Source: a virus
Virus record (IMG/VR): IMGVR_UViG_3300036760_000945
Coordinates: 1-64,000 of that record
Direction: 5' to 3' (one strand)
DNA: 64,000 nt
Every line of letters starts with the position of its first letter. The first letter of the stretch is position 1. The notes below the pieces were generated by a model. The model was not told the origin of the DNA, searched no databases, and saw nothing but the letters and a program-made list of their open reading frames with translations. Of the stretch, positions 1 through 9,162 are shown one piece after another. The position numbers and the translations under genes were made by a program.

Positions 1-18
1 CTAAAGAAGAATGAAACC

Positions 19-246
19 ATGATAAAGAACATCTTCTCAAAGAAGAAGCACAAGATCGGAGAGAAATTTACTATTACGAATAGACGTACTGGCCAACAAA
101 TGGAGGCAACGGTTATCAGGGACTACGGCGATGCAAGTAGCGGACCCATAACAACAATAAATGGCGAACCAATATGGCGCGATTACTATCAAGTAGAATG
201 CCACGAGCCTCTTGATGAGGAAATTCCTGGCGAGGAGACCGAATGA
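19..246 (+). CDS. hypothetical phage protein
   Basis: 75-aa ORF; ATGA overlap with next gene. Confidence 0.6.
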   Translation: MIKNIFSKKKHKIGEKFTITNRRTGQQMEATVIRDYGDASSGPITTINGEPIWRDYYQVECHEPLDEEIPGEETE

Positions 247-425
247 ACATTCTTGACTGGCTTGATGCGCACATGCTTGTGTTCTGTGCAGCCTGTGGGA
301 AATTAATATTCAAAAAGGATGCTCAGTACGAGAGAACTACAACCGGGGCCACCGCCCCGCTCTGCAGAAAATGCCACCAGGAGATCTTCAATCCCTGGTC
401 AGACAAAGAGGAAAAGAAGAAATGA
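243..425 (+). CDS. small zinc-finger protein
   Basis: CAAC...CRKC pairs; overlap-coupled on both sides. Confidence 0.65.
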   Translation: MNILDWLDAHMLVFCAACGKLIFKKDAQYERTTTGATAPLCRKCHQEIFNPWSDKEEKKK

Positions 426-838
426 GATCGTCACTCTACTTATTCGATCCCGATGAAGATGAGCAGACTATCCAGCGCGCAGCGCTAAGAGCAAAGACCC
501 CTCTTCAGGAGCGGGCACTTGCTGCATGTGGTAGGAAGTATTTCAAAAGCACGGAAGAACGAAAGCGCTGGCGGCTCCTTGAAGGAAAAACTCTCGGCGG
601 TACCGATGAGCAAATCCTCTATGCGGCATGGCTGTACCATAATATTGAACTTTGGGAAAAGGCCAATAGCAAAATGGTTGAGCGCATCTTCTATAAACTC
701 ATGTCAGCAATGGAGAATGAAGAACGCCGTATCGACTGGGAGGTAGCGAACCGGGCGAAGGTATTCGCGGACAGGAAAATAGATGTCAGCGCGCTCTTCG
801 AGAAAGGGAAAACAGATGATAATAGACCACATATCTAG
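422..838 (+). CDS. hypothetical protein, possible replication initiator partner
   Basis: ATG at 422 overlaps upstream stop; directly precedes DnaC-like ATPase. Confidence 0.55.
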   Translation: MRSSLYLFDPDEDEQTIQRAALRAKTPLQERALAACGRKYFKSTEERKRWRLLEGKTLGGTDEQILYAAWLYHNIELWEKANSKMVERIFYKLMSAMENEERRIDWEVANRAKVFADRKIDVSALFEKGKTDDNRPHI

Positions 839-1643
839 GCTAGAAAGCTGGCTGTTCTGGCGGGACTTTATAGACAATCACCCAGGCAAGTTCGATAAAC
901 TTCAGTTCCCCATGTCTATCGAAGCCTATAGGCGAGTAATTGGGCCGGCGTGCCCCTTCTGTCATAATAACGGCTGGGGACCAGTGGGAGAGAAAAATAT
1001 CTATTGTGTATGCACCATGTTGGAATGGCTAGAGCAAAGCCGCCGGGACCTCCAGGACTTCGAAACTCCGGTAAAGGCAACCAGCCTCCTTACTCTTCAC
1101 CCTCTAGGAATATCACCCGAAGGCGATCAAGATCTACTGACCCTTCTCAAGGGCCTAAAGTCTTGGATCGAGTACCCCCATGGGTGGCTTGTAATCCAGG
1201 GGGGTAATGGCAGTGGCAAGACCCATGCTCTGGCAGCCATCAAGACCAGCTTGAACGGGCTGGCTGCCTTCATCAGCGTTGATAGGTTTCAGCAGAAACT
1301 TTTCGGTGCCCTTGAAGAGTCTGGCAAGGTAGAAGAGCTGATCCAGAACCTATCCACTATACCTATATTGTTGCTCGATGACTGGGGCTTGGAACACGAG
1401 AATTCCTGGACTACCGATACTTTGGCCTCAATTATCAATCGGAGGTATATGTACGCAGACGAATTCCCAACTGTAGTGACCTTCAATACTCCACTGGGCA
1501 CACTGCTCACCTCGCCCAACCCAGCCAAGCGCAGGATCATAAGCCGGCTTATCGACAGCAAGATTTCTACCATCTATAGGTTGCGGCAGGCTGACTACCG
1601 CTCGCCCATCGTGCAGAAGCAGATAGCGAGGGGAGGAAAATGA
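816..1643 (+). CDS. DnaC/IstB-like AAA+ helicase loader
   Basis: N-terminal CPFC...CVC Zn motif; Walker A GGNGSGKT; Walker B LLLDDWG; PTVVTFN and SRL motifs. Confidence 0.9.
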   Translation: MIIDHISRLESWLFWRDFIDNHPGKFDKLQFPMSIEAYRRVIGPACPFCHNNGWGPVGEKNIYCVCTMLEWLEQSRRDLQDFETPVKATSLLTLHPLGISPEGDQDLLTLLKGLKSWIEYPHGWLVIQGGNGSGKTHALAAIKTSLNGLAAFISVDRFQQKLFGALEESGKVEELIQNLSTIPILLLDDWGLEHENSWTTDTLASIINRRYMYADEFPTVVTFNTPLGTLLTSPNPAKRRIISRLIDSKISTIYRLRQADYRSPIVQKQIARGGK

Positions 1644-2482
1644 CCATCCAACGCATTGACGAAATCGCACGTAAGGTCATCGATGATACCCGCAGGCGCC
1701 AAGAGCATCCCGAGGACTTTCGGCCTATCCCAACGAATCTCGAGGATCTCGACAAGATCATTGGCGGCATCACCGAGAGTCTCTATGTGGTCATTGGTGG
1801 GAAACACAAGACCGGTAAGTCGTCCCTGGCACTACATATTGCCTCTGCATTGGCCGCCTCTGGCCGCGGCAGAACCGAGTTCTATTCACTTGAGGAACTA
1901 CGAGAGCAGATGGGCACAAGATCGCTGGTGCGTCTCACCAATACAGTAGATCGCACAATGATGCGGAACCTCGTATTACAGGAGCAGCACTTCGAAGAGC
2001 TAGAGGCTGCACACGGTATGCTCATGGAGGGTAAAGTAAACTTGTGGCTTGAGGATGCCGAATCTACAGTAGAAGTGATTATCAAGGCTGCCATAGAAAA
2101 TAAGGCCAAGTTCGTGATTGTAGACTATTTGCAGCTTCTCGAAAGCAGGGCAAAGAAGACTGATAGCTATGTCCAGCAATGGGATCAGATCTCGGCACAG
2201 TTTGTCAGGGCCAGAAACCAGCACGAGATTTGCTTTGTGGTCGTCTACCAAATAGGTGAGCAAGGCAAAGCCTATGGCTCCCGCGCGGTCTACAGAGATG
2301 CAGACCTGATCATTGAAGTTGAAAGAAAGATAGATATTGTTACCGCAAAAGAGCTTGAGGAGCTTATCCACGTCAATGTGCGCCGCTCCAGGATCTGCAT
2401 GAGTGGCGAATGCGATCTAGCATTCAGTGGTGCACACAGTCGAGTTGGTAATATCCTACCACTAAATTTAGACATAGTATGA
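1640..2482 (+). CDS. DnaB-like replicative helicase (C-terminal RecA-fold domain only)
   Basis: LDKIIGG, Walker A GKHKTGKS, FYSLEE, IVDYLQL, DADLII motifs. Confidence 0.88.
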   Translation: MTIQRIDEIARKVIDDTRRRQEHPEDFRPIPTNLEDLDKIIGGITESLYVVIGGKHKTGKSSLALHIASALAASGRGRTEFYSLEELREQMGTRSLVRLTNTVDRTMMRNLVLQEQHFEELEAAHGMLMEGKVNLWLEDAESTVEVIIKAAIENKAKFVIVDYLQLLESRAKKTDSYVQQWDQISAQFVRARNQHEICFVVVYQIGEQGKAYGSRAVYRDADLIIEVERKIDIVTAKELEELIHVNVRRSRICMSGECDLAFSGAHSRVGNILPLNLDIV

Positions 2483-2496
2483 TATAATACAGATGT
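2480..2496 (+). promoter_or_regulatory. extended -10 promoter (TGaTATAAT-ACAGATGT)
   Basis: TG-n-TATAAT followed by AAGGAG RBS and ATG at 2513; 14 nt identical to site at 8666. Confidence 0.7.
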
Positions 2497-2512
2497 TCAA
2501 GAAGGAGACAAA

Positions 2513-2764
2513 ATGAGCGACACAATGAGAAACCTTGAAGATCTCATCGCTGAAGAGGTAGGCATCGGTGTCCACACGGGACTACGCAAGTATTGTGGTT
2601 CAATAGAAGCGAACAAGGCATGGCACAGCATTAAAGAGATGCCAAGTAAAGAATGGGAATGCGTATGTGATGGAGTAGCAGAGGAGATAATCAAGGTTCT
2701 ACAAGAGCAGTACGTGAAGGGGAACCTGATCGGCAAGCTATGGCCACCTTTGTGCGTATTGTAA
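2513..2764 (+). CDS. hypothetical protein
   Basis: AAGGAG RBS, promoter upstream. Confidence 0.65.
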   Translation: MSDTMRNLEDLIAEEVGIGVHTGLRKYCGSIEANKAWHSIKEMPSKEWECVCDGVAEEIIKVLQEQYVKGNLIGKLWPPLCVL

Positions 2765-2942
2765 CCAGAAGAAGCCTCTCCAGATGGACCATGTAGTTCC
2801 ACTTTCGAAGGGTGGCAGACATGATATAGATAATATAGTTCCAGCGTGCAAACCATGCAATGATAGTAAGGGAGTTTCTTCACTCTTGGTATTCTTATAC
2901 CGAAGGGCACAATCAAAAAGGAGTATACCAACAATATGCTAA
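2730..2942 (+). pseudogene. 5'-truncated HNH endonuclease remnant
   Basis: Frame not in ORF track reads YGHLCAYCNQKKPLQMDHVVPLSKGGRHDIDNIVPACKPCNDSKG; in-frame stop just upstream and no start before the first CxxC. Confidence 0.8.
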
Positions 2943-3331
2943 AACTCTTTATGGGCAACCCCAGAGAGTTTATTAGACTAATACAATCTGGCATTTTCAA
3001 TCGCCTCACAAAGTTCTTCAATAATCTTGCGGGCAGGACCAGCGCCAGAGCATACCGCCTACTCTATGGCGGAGAAATGCCAGCGGCCCTGCCCAATGTA
3101 GCCACCTTACGAGACGATGAGGTGTTCGTTGTGGTAACTATCTATAAGGGGAGTGTCAGAATTGATGGGATTGTGGGGGCCCCAGAAAATGTGCAGATGT
3201 ACCTGGACAATTACCCGGGCGCAGTTGCCTATGTAAGGCGTATTGATGAATTGAAGCAAAGCGTCATGGGAATAATTACTTCACCGCAAATTTATGCTAG
3301 TGGCAGGAGCGATAAGAAATGGCTACTATAA
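2936..3331 (+). CDS. hypothetical protein
   Basis: AAGGAG upstream; 131 aa. Confidence 0.65.
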   Translation: MLKLFMGNPREFIRLIQSGIFNRLTKFFNNLAGRTSARAYRLLYGGEMPAALPNVATLRDDEVFVVVTIYKGSVRIDGIVGAPENVQMYLDNYPGAVAYVRRIDELKQSVMGIITSPQIYASGRSDKKWLL

Positions 3332-3555
3332 CCGTTTTATCAGATCAGCACCTGATGGTCCTTCTTGGAATATCTCGGCACCAATCCATTCGCGAGATCG
3401 CTGCAATCATAGGCCGTGCAGTTGGCACAGTCCAGCAGAGATTGCACGATCTCGAGGAGGCTGGCCTGATCTCCAAGAGCGTGGCAAGAAAAGCACGTAA
3501 CAGATATCTGACAAGCAGCGGCCAGGCGCTATTGCAGCAGCGCAGGCTCGGCTAG
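3319..3555 (+). CDS. winged helix-turn-helix DNA-binding protein (LexA/MarR-like HTH)
   Basis: SIREIAAIIGRAVGTVQQRLHDLEEAGLI...RYLTSSG. Confidence 0.85.
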   Translation: MATITVLSDQHLMVLLGISRHQSIREIAAIIGRAVGTVQQRLHDLEEAGLISKSVARKARNRYLTSSGQALLQQRRLG

Positions 3556-3623
3556 TTTCCAAGTTGGAGGAAGAATGGACCAAGACCAGATCAAAGCATT
3601 TGTTATCTCTTCTAGAGGTAGTT

Positions 3624-4253
3624 ATGCTTCAACAGGGTATTTACCAAATTACAAATCTAATCAGTGGCAGTTTCTATATTGGCCAGTCAAGTCACTTAGC
3701 TACTCGAAGGGCAGAGCATTGGCGTTCACTTAGAAGAGGCAATCACCACAACCAACATATCCAGTATGCCTGGAATAGATACGGCCCAGAGAGTCTTAAA
3801 TTTACAACTCTCTTATACTGTGAGCTATTTGAGCTTACACATTATGAGCAGGCATTTGTAGAGAGACTACATCCAGAATATAACATCTGCCTTGAGTGTG
3901 TAACTAGCACTCGAGGTTTATCTCTTTCAAATGAGCACAAGAAGAAAATCAGTATATCACTACTTGGCAACACCAGAAATCTTGGCCGTCATCATACAGA
4001 CAGTACCAAGCAGAAAATGAGTATGGCGCGCAAAGGTAAACCACATCCTTATAGGCGCCCCCCTCATTCAGAGGAGACAAAGCAGAAAATGAGTATAGCA
4101 GCACTTGGCCGGCACCTCTCTGAGGAAAGTAAACAAAAGATAAGCAAGGGACACATGGGCCTACGCCCCACAGAAGAAACCAGAAAGAAAATGAGTAGAA
4201 CACATAAGCTACTAAAATCCAGAAGGAGACTAGAATATGGAGCAGAAAGTTAA
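3624..4253 (+). CDS. GIY-YIG homing endonuclease with NUMOD3 repeats
   Basis: GIYQITNL...FYIGQS; repeated HSEETKQKMS-type NUMOD3 motifs; GAGG RBS before ATG 3624. Confidence 0.92.
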   Translation: MLQQGIYQITNLISGSFYIGQSSHLATRRAEHWRSLRRGNHHNQHIQYAWNRYGPESLKFTTLLYCELFELTHYEQAFVERLHPEYNICLECVTSTRGLSLSNEHKKKISISLLGNTRNLGRHHTDSTKQKMSMARKGKPHPYRRPPHSEETKQKMSIAALGRHLSEESKQKISKGHMGLRPTEETRKKMSRTHKLLKSRRRLEYGAES

Positions 4254-4593
4254 AGAGTTCATTATCTCTGTGCGCCTGCGTTCCAGGGCAGAGATGAACG
4301 TCAACGGCTCAAGCCGGAAGAGTGTTAAAAGGCTCATCATTCAGATGACTGACGCCCTTGAGAACAAGAAGTTGAGGAACCATGTGCTAGCAGCAATTAC
4401 GGGGCTGCCTATCACCAGCCAAAACCAACTTACGCAGGGCAGCACCAGTATCCTGATTGATGAAACGAACGATGGCAAGTCGAATGAGATCCTGCGCGCT
4501 ATCGAAGAAGTAGTAGCCGCAGGCTTTGCAAAGGATCCTATTCACTTTCGCCCGTGCACATTGTTTCAATGGGAGCATCCCAGTGGCAAATAA
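4237..4593 (+). CDS. hypothetical protein
   Basis: AAGGAG RBS; 118 aa. Confidence 0.65.
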   Translation: MEQKVKEFIISVRLRSRAEMNVNGSSRKSVKRLIIQMTDALENKKLRNHVLAAITGLPITSQNQLTQGSTSILIDETNDGKSNEILRAIEEVVAAGFAKDPIHFRPCTLFQWEHPSGK

Positions 4594-5014
4594 ATTATCA
4601 GAGAGAGACCTGCTCAAGATAAACTTAGTTTCAGAGCGCAGCATGTTTGTCCCGGGCAAAGGTAGATTCCCTATTTGCCCCGTTTGTAAGCACGCTATCT
4701 TTGGTGCACCCGACCTCCATGAGGCAATTATCACCCGCGGCCAGGTAGCAGGTACGGGGAAGGCAAGAAAGGACAAGATATATAGCCGTTATAACTGTGT
4801 GCTAAGGCACAATACTTGCCCTACCGGACAGTCGCATACACCGGGCATTGGCAGTCACGAAGACTTTGATGCTTGCCTCAAGCAGATTATAGAGTTTGAG
4901 GGCTATGAGGCGCTCTTGGAATGGCTGGCTAGCATGGAGGATACCTATCCAATAGCAGCTACCCAGGCCATGTTCCGTGTCAAAAGCCACCACAACAAAG
5001 CAAAAGGAGACTAA
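4583..5014 (+). CDS. Zn-binding HNH-like nuclease-fold protein
   Basis: CPVC...DLHEAII...NCVLRHNTC pattern; GTG start with GGAG. Confidence 0.5.
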   Translation: MANKLSERDLLKINLVSERSMFVPGKGRFPICPVCKHAIFGAPDLHEAIITRGQVAGTGKARKDKIYSRYNCVLRHNTCPTGQSHTPGIGSHEDFDACLKQIIEFEGYEALLEWLASMEDTYPIAATQAMFRVKSHHNKAKGD

Positions 5015-5015
5015 A

Positions 5016-5345
5016 ATGTATATCGAACTAGACAAGATAGCGCTTATTATCAACTTCATGTATGTTCATGACATGAGGATGCACAACGACAAAGGAAGAA
5101 AGAATAAATTCTTTGGGTGTCCAATGGTCACAGTGTGTTGGCTTACTGATCGGAAACCAGGGGAACCAATGGCCAGAACTACGGAAACACAGGCGCGGTG
5201 TTCCGAGTCAGAAAAGACCTGTAACAAGATCCGCGGGAAGAAAGTGGCCCTCGCGAAGGCACTCATCTCAGCATTCCCAGAGAACAAAGATATTCGTAGG
5301 CGGGTCTGGGAACAATACCTGGCACTTACGGCACCTGGAGGCTAA
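5016..5345 (+). CDS. hypothetical phage protein
   Basis: AAGGAG RBS; ARCSESE..NKIRGKKVALAKAL motif common in phage proteins. Confidence 0.65.
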   Translation: MYIELDKIALIINFMYVHDMRMHNDKGRKNKFFGCPMVTVCWLTDRKPGEPMARTTETQARCSESEKTCNKIRGKKVALAKALISAFPENKDIRRRVWEQYLALTAPGG

Positions 5346-5346
5346 T

Positions 5347-5898
5347 ATGTTCGATAGTTTTGTCAGTGAACAGAAAGACAAGACGCCCAATGCCGTCCCC
5401 TTCTTCGATGAAGTCAAGGCAAGTGCTGGTTGGCAGGGCTATGCAACGACCAAATCTCTTGACACCCTCAAGGCCGAGGTCATGACCGCCATGAGCCGGC
5501 TGGGAGGTCTAGTGAGCGGCTTCGAGAGAGGTATGTACGGCGAGCGTGGCGGGTTTAGGATCCATTACACTATTGAGTCGGAGACGGGCAAGATGTACCC
5601 GGGACAAATGGATATTGCCGCGCTGCCGGTCAGGAAGACGCCACACCGCAGGTCCTACCAAGGCTACGAAAAACTCTGCGAGCAGGCCCTGCGTATGGCG
5701 CTGTACAATATAGCCATGTGCCTTGAGGGTATGTGGCTTATGCAGCAACTATCGCCAGGGTACGCGCCGCTTATCCCATGGATGCTAGTAGCAAACGGCA
5801 AGACAGTAACCCAACTATGGAGCGAGAGCTCCTCAATGAAGGCGCTAGCCCCGCTAGTAGAGGAAGAATTCATCGAGGGCATTGCGAGAGAGATATAG
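5347..5898 (+). CDS. hypothetical protein
   Basis: GGAGG RBS before ATG 5347. Confidence 0.7.
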   Translation: MFDSFVSEQKDKTPNAVPFFDEVKASAGWQGYATTKSLDTLKAEVMTAMSRLGGLVSGFERGMYGERGGFRIHYTIESETGKMYPGQMDIAALPVRKTPHRRSYQGYEKLCEQALRMALYNIAMCLEGMWLMQQLSPGYAPLIPWMLVANGKTVTQLWSESSSMKALAPLVEEEFIEGIAREI

Positions 5899-5959
5899 GA
5901 GAAAAACAAAATGGAACATATTAGCAGCTATCCTTGGCCACTTGTAGTATACTTAGGGC

Positions 5960-6112
5960 ATGGAAATATCCATTGAATATCTTGCATTGTTTATTGCAAC
6001 AAGTAGCGGGGGACGAGGACACCAGCATGGAATGCAGCGCCTGCCAATCGAACTTGAAAAGCGAAGAGAAGAACTAAAACAACTACTACACCAAGAAAAT
6101 AGGAGATATTGA
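5960..6112 (+). pseudogene. probable internally deleted LAGLIDADG homing endonuclease remnant (50 aa)
   Basis: MEISIEYLALFI resembles the EYLAGF start of LAGLIDADG genes; C-terminal RREELKQLLHQENRR helix; sits between duplicated ligase N-termini. Confidence 0.45.
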
Positions 6113-6114
6113 CA

Positions 6115-7023
6115 ATGCAACACATTTCAAGTTATTGTGAAGTTTATCAGCTTGGCCACCGCTCAATCAAGGATATTTTCTCATCAGAGGTTGTCCTAGA
6201 AGAGAAAATTGACGGCTCATCATTTTCGTTTGGGGTCCTTGGCGATGAATTAGTATGTCGCAGCAAGGGCAAGCAATTGATAGTCGATGCACCAGAAAAG
6301 ATGTTTACGAAGGCCATTGCAACTGCGCAGAGAATTATGCCAGAACTACACAAGGACTGGATCTATCGTGGTGAGTTTCTTGAAAAGCCAAAGCACAACA
6401 CACTAAAATACTCACGTGTGCCAGATGGCAATATCATCATATACGATATAATGGTTGCGCCGGAGGACTATCTTGGGCCCCAAGAGAAGGTCGAGGAGTG
6501 CAGGAGGCTTGGCCTCGAATGTGTGCCCCTGCTAGCCAAAGGCAAGATCGACAACCTCGAGATGTTCAAGGAGTTCCTCGAGCAGGAGTCAATCTTGGGC
6601 GGCACCAAGATTGAGGGCATAGTAATCAAGAACTACTCACTGTTCACTCAATCCAAGAAGGCAATGATGGGCAAATATGTCAGTGAGGCCTTCAAGGAGG
6701 TCCATGACAAGGACTGGAAAACACGCAACCCTCATGGGAAAGACCTAGTATTTATGCTTACAGAGAAATATCACACTGAGGCGCGTTGGCAAAAAGCAAT
6801 CCAGCACCTACGCGACGCCGGTGCCCTTGAAGGGTCGCCTAAAGATATTGGCTTGCTCATCCGCGAGGTGCCAGCCGACATCCTGAAGGAATGTGAAACT
6901 GAGATTAGGGATGTTCTATTCAAGCACTTCTGGCCGCAAATTGCCCGGGGCGTTACCCGCGGGTTGCCCGAGTTCTACAAAGAGCAGCTTGCGGAGAGTA
7001 CATTCCAGGAGGTTAAGGAATGA
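6115..7023 (+). CDS. RNA ligase, Rnl2-like nucleotidyltransferase
   Basis: Motif I EEKIDGSSFSF; RGEF; IYDI; VPLL; EGIVIKN; K in MGKYV. Confidence 0.85.
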   Translation: MQHISSYCEVYQLGHRSIKDIFSSEVVLEEKIDGSSFSFGVLGDELVCRSKGKQLIVDAPEKMFTKAIATAQRIMPELHKDWIYRGEFLEKPKHNTLKYSRVPDGNIIIYDIMVAPEDYLGPQEKVEECRRLGLECVPLLAKGKIDNLEMFKEFLEQESILGGTKIEGIVIKNYSLFTQSKKAMMGKYVSEAFKEVHDKDWKTRNPHGKDLVFMLTEKYHTEARWQKAIQHLRDAGALEGSPKDIGLLIREVPADILKECETEIRDVLFKHFWPQIARGVTRGLPEFYKEQLAESTFQEVKE

Positions 7024-7054
7024 AAATCTGGATACATGTTAAGGGAGCACTATA

Positions 7055-7399
7055 ATGCCAACAGCCCGAGAATATGAGGATGAGATCGAGCGCCAGCAGA
7101 GAACCAATCAGGACCTATTTAGTCAACTAGCAAACATCAAAAGTCAAGTTGTTACCCTAGAGGATATAGAAAAGATGGAGCAGAATTATATCCACGCAAG
7201 TAACTATCAGTTCCGTCGAGAGAATGAAAGATTTAGTTGGCTCACGGATCTTCTTTGTGCCATCAGAAAATATCTAGGGATAGAAGACAAAAAGTATGGC
7301 CTCTCGTCCCTAATAGATAGGGCCAAGAACAAAAAACTAATCCTCTTACTCGATGCTCTCCAGATCTTTTACTCGAGGATGGACCTAGATGATAGATAG
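7055..7399 (+). CDS. hypothetical protein
   Basis: GGAG RBS; 114 aa. Confidence 0.6.
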   Translation: MPTAREYEDEIERQQRTNQDLFSQLANIKSQVVTLEDIEKMEQNYIHASNYQFRRENERFSWLTDLLCAIRKYLGIEDKKYGLSSLIDRAKNKKLILLLDALQIFYSRMDLDDR

Positions 7400-7567
7400 G
7401 CCCAAAAAATGAAATGCTATCGCATCATTGAGATCAAGAATGGGAAGCCCCTATCATTATTCCATGGCACCAATGGAAGCCGCACGCAAGAGGCGAAGTG
7501 TATCTGGCACGGTTTATAAGAATTACCGATCTTACGCCAGTCTAGCGAATACAAGAGAGAGGCAGAA

Positions 7568-7777
7568 ATGATCACACTTGCCATAATAACCGTAGCTGTT
7601 ATAATAGCCTTTCTCGTGCTATGTCTCGCACTATGGATAATTCTAATTTTATGGTTCGGCTTATCTCCCAAGGAGACGCACAATGATCTTGAACAGCCCC
7701 CAAGTAAACGACACTATGATGACCGAAGATATGATGGGAACAGAAGGGATCGCGGGAGAGGAAGTCGCCCGTCTTGA
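7568..7777 (+). CDS. small membrane protein
   Basis: Hydrophobic N-terminal ~30 aa; GAGG RBS; 3' part overlaps next gene. Confidence 0.45.
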   Translation: MITLAIITVAVIIAFLVLCLALWIILILWFGLSPKETHNDLEQPPSKRHYDDRRYDGNRRDRGRGSRPS

Positions 7778-8648
7778 AGGATATAAGCATATCTACCGAG
7801 TTACACATACATTCCCAGAAAAAAGAAGGTTGAGCTTTGCAGCCGAGTTTGGCATCGAGACATTCGCAACCATTGTCGCTGCCATCGGAGCTATCGTTTT
7901 GGCCAGTATCTCTACCGGATCTGTGTTCTTGGTGCGAACAATAGACTTTCTGGCGCATTACAATATCCCGGAGAGTGTTCAGCAGGTCCTGGGATGGATC
8001 TCCATGATCGCCGCCCTAGGCTCCGTAGAGGGCTATCTCTCAGCAAGAGGAATCAGGAATGGGAAAAATAGAGGGTCATCTTCCGTCTCTCGAATTGGCA
8101 TGTTTGCGGCATTCTTGATCTCTTGTCTTGCCGGTATCGCAAACTCGCTACAGCTTGTAAATGCTATCCCGGAACCACTACAGATCACGATGAACTGGGC
8201 ACTGGTTGCAGTATCGGGTATAGGCGCAACCGTTCTAGCCTACTATGGTTCCGAAAACTTTGGGGCGATCTTCTATTCCTGGAATGGTAAACTCGATGAG
8301 GTTCACAAACAATTCCAGGAAGAAATAAATGCTTGGAATATCAAGTTCCAAAATGATTATCGTACCAAAGGCCGCTCCAGGATATTCGGCATGGACTCTT
8401 TCAAGGAAGAGAGGGCAACACCTGTTGAGAAACAACACGTAGCAAATGTACAGGCGAGTGTACGGCAGTACCTGAAGGACCGCGGCCTATCGGCCTGGGA
8501 TATTGGTCCTACAAGCCAGGGGAAGACTGCTACGCCGAAGGACATTGCCGGGGAATTAGGACTAAACACACCGCGGGAGCAGTCAAACTTAAGAGTTATT
8601 CTGGGCAGACTACGTGATCAGGAGCAAAGAGAGCAGCAGGCCAGGTAA
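7683..8648 (+). CDS. multi-pass membrane protein with coiled coil and C-terminal HTH-like segment
   Basis: About 4 hydrophobic helices; ATPKDIAGELGL...NLRVILGRL; AAGGAG RBS. Confidence 0.7.
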   Translation: MILNSPQVNDTMMTEDMMGTEGIAGEEVARLEGYKHIYRVTHTFPEKRRLSFAAEFGIETFATIVAAIGAIVLASISTGSVFLVRTIDFLAHYNIPESVQQVLGWISMIAALGSVEGYLSARGIRNGKNRGSSSVSRIGMFAAFLISCLAGIANSLQLVNAIPEPLQITMNWALVAVSGIGATVLAYYGSENFGAIFYSWNGKLDEVHKQFQEEINAWNIKFQNDYRTKGRSRIFGMDSFKEERATPVEKQHVANVQASVRQYLKDRGLSAWDIGPTSQGKTATPKDIAGELGLNTPREQSNLRVILGRLRDQEQREQQAR

Positions 8649-8660
8649 TGTCACAATGAC

Positions 8661-8679
8661 TGTGGTATAATACAGATGT
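8661..8679 (+). promoter_or_regulatory. extended -10 promoter (TGTGGTATAAT-ACAGATGT)
   Basis: Followed by AAAGGAG RBS and ATG 8702. Confidence 0.75.
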
Positions 8680-8701
8680 ACAAAACGAAAGGAGAATTGA
8701 A

Positions 8702-8911
8702 ATGTCAGACACAATAACAGTTGAACGGGTCGAAAGAGGCTTTATCGTAGACTATTGGACCGGCAATAAAGATATTTGTTTTTCGCTAGATGAGCTGTTT
8801 GAGAAACTACTCTTGCACTATGAGGGTAGAAGCGAGCTCTTCTATGAGGACATCTATGGTAAGGTAACTATTGATCGGAAAGACCCCAATCAAACAAAAG
8901 GAGATAGCTAA
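8702..8911 (+). CDS. hypothetical protein
   Basis: Strong RBS and promoter. Confidence 0.7.
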   Translation: MSDTITVERVERGFIVDYWTGNKDICFSLDELFEKLLLHYEGRSELFYEDIYGKVTIDRKDPNQTKGDS

Positions 8912-8912
8912 G

Positions 8913-9152
8913 ATGAAAACATTCTGGATCGTTATGCGCGACAAGGCAGAAACACTTGTAAGCAAACGGCACCCTACTCTCGAGGAGGCGCAGCTCGAGG
9001 CCAAGCGCCTATGTCAAAGAGAGGGCGTCCGTTTTTATGTGCTCAGCGTTGTAGGCTGTGCCGAGATAGAAGAAAGACCAGTGGCATGGCGATATGCCCC
9101 CGCCGATGGTGTCTGGGAAATCAAGCACCCTGGGGAACTCTTCCCGTTCTAA
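8913..9152 (+). CDS. hypothetical phage protein
   Basis: RHPTLEEAQLEAKRL...FYVL motif common in phages; AAGGAG RBS. Confidence 0.7.
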   Translation: MKTFWIVMRDKAETLVSKRHPTLEEAQLEAKRLCQREGVRFYVLSVVGCAEIEERPVAWRYAPADGVWEIKHPGELFPF

Positions 9153-9162
9153 GGAGTAGATA

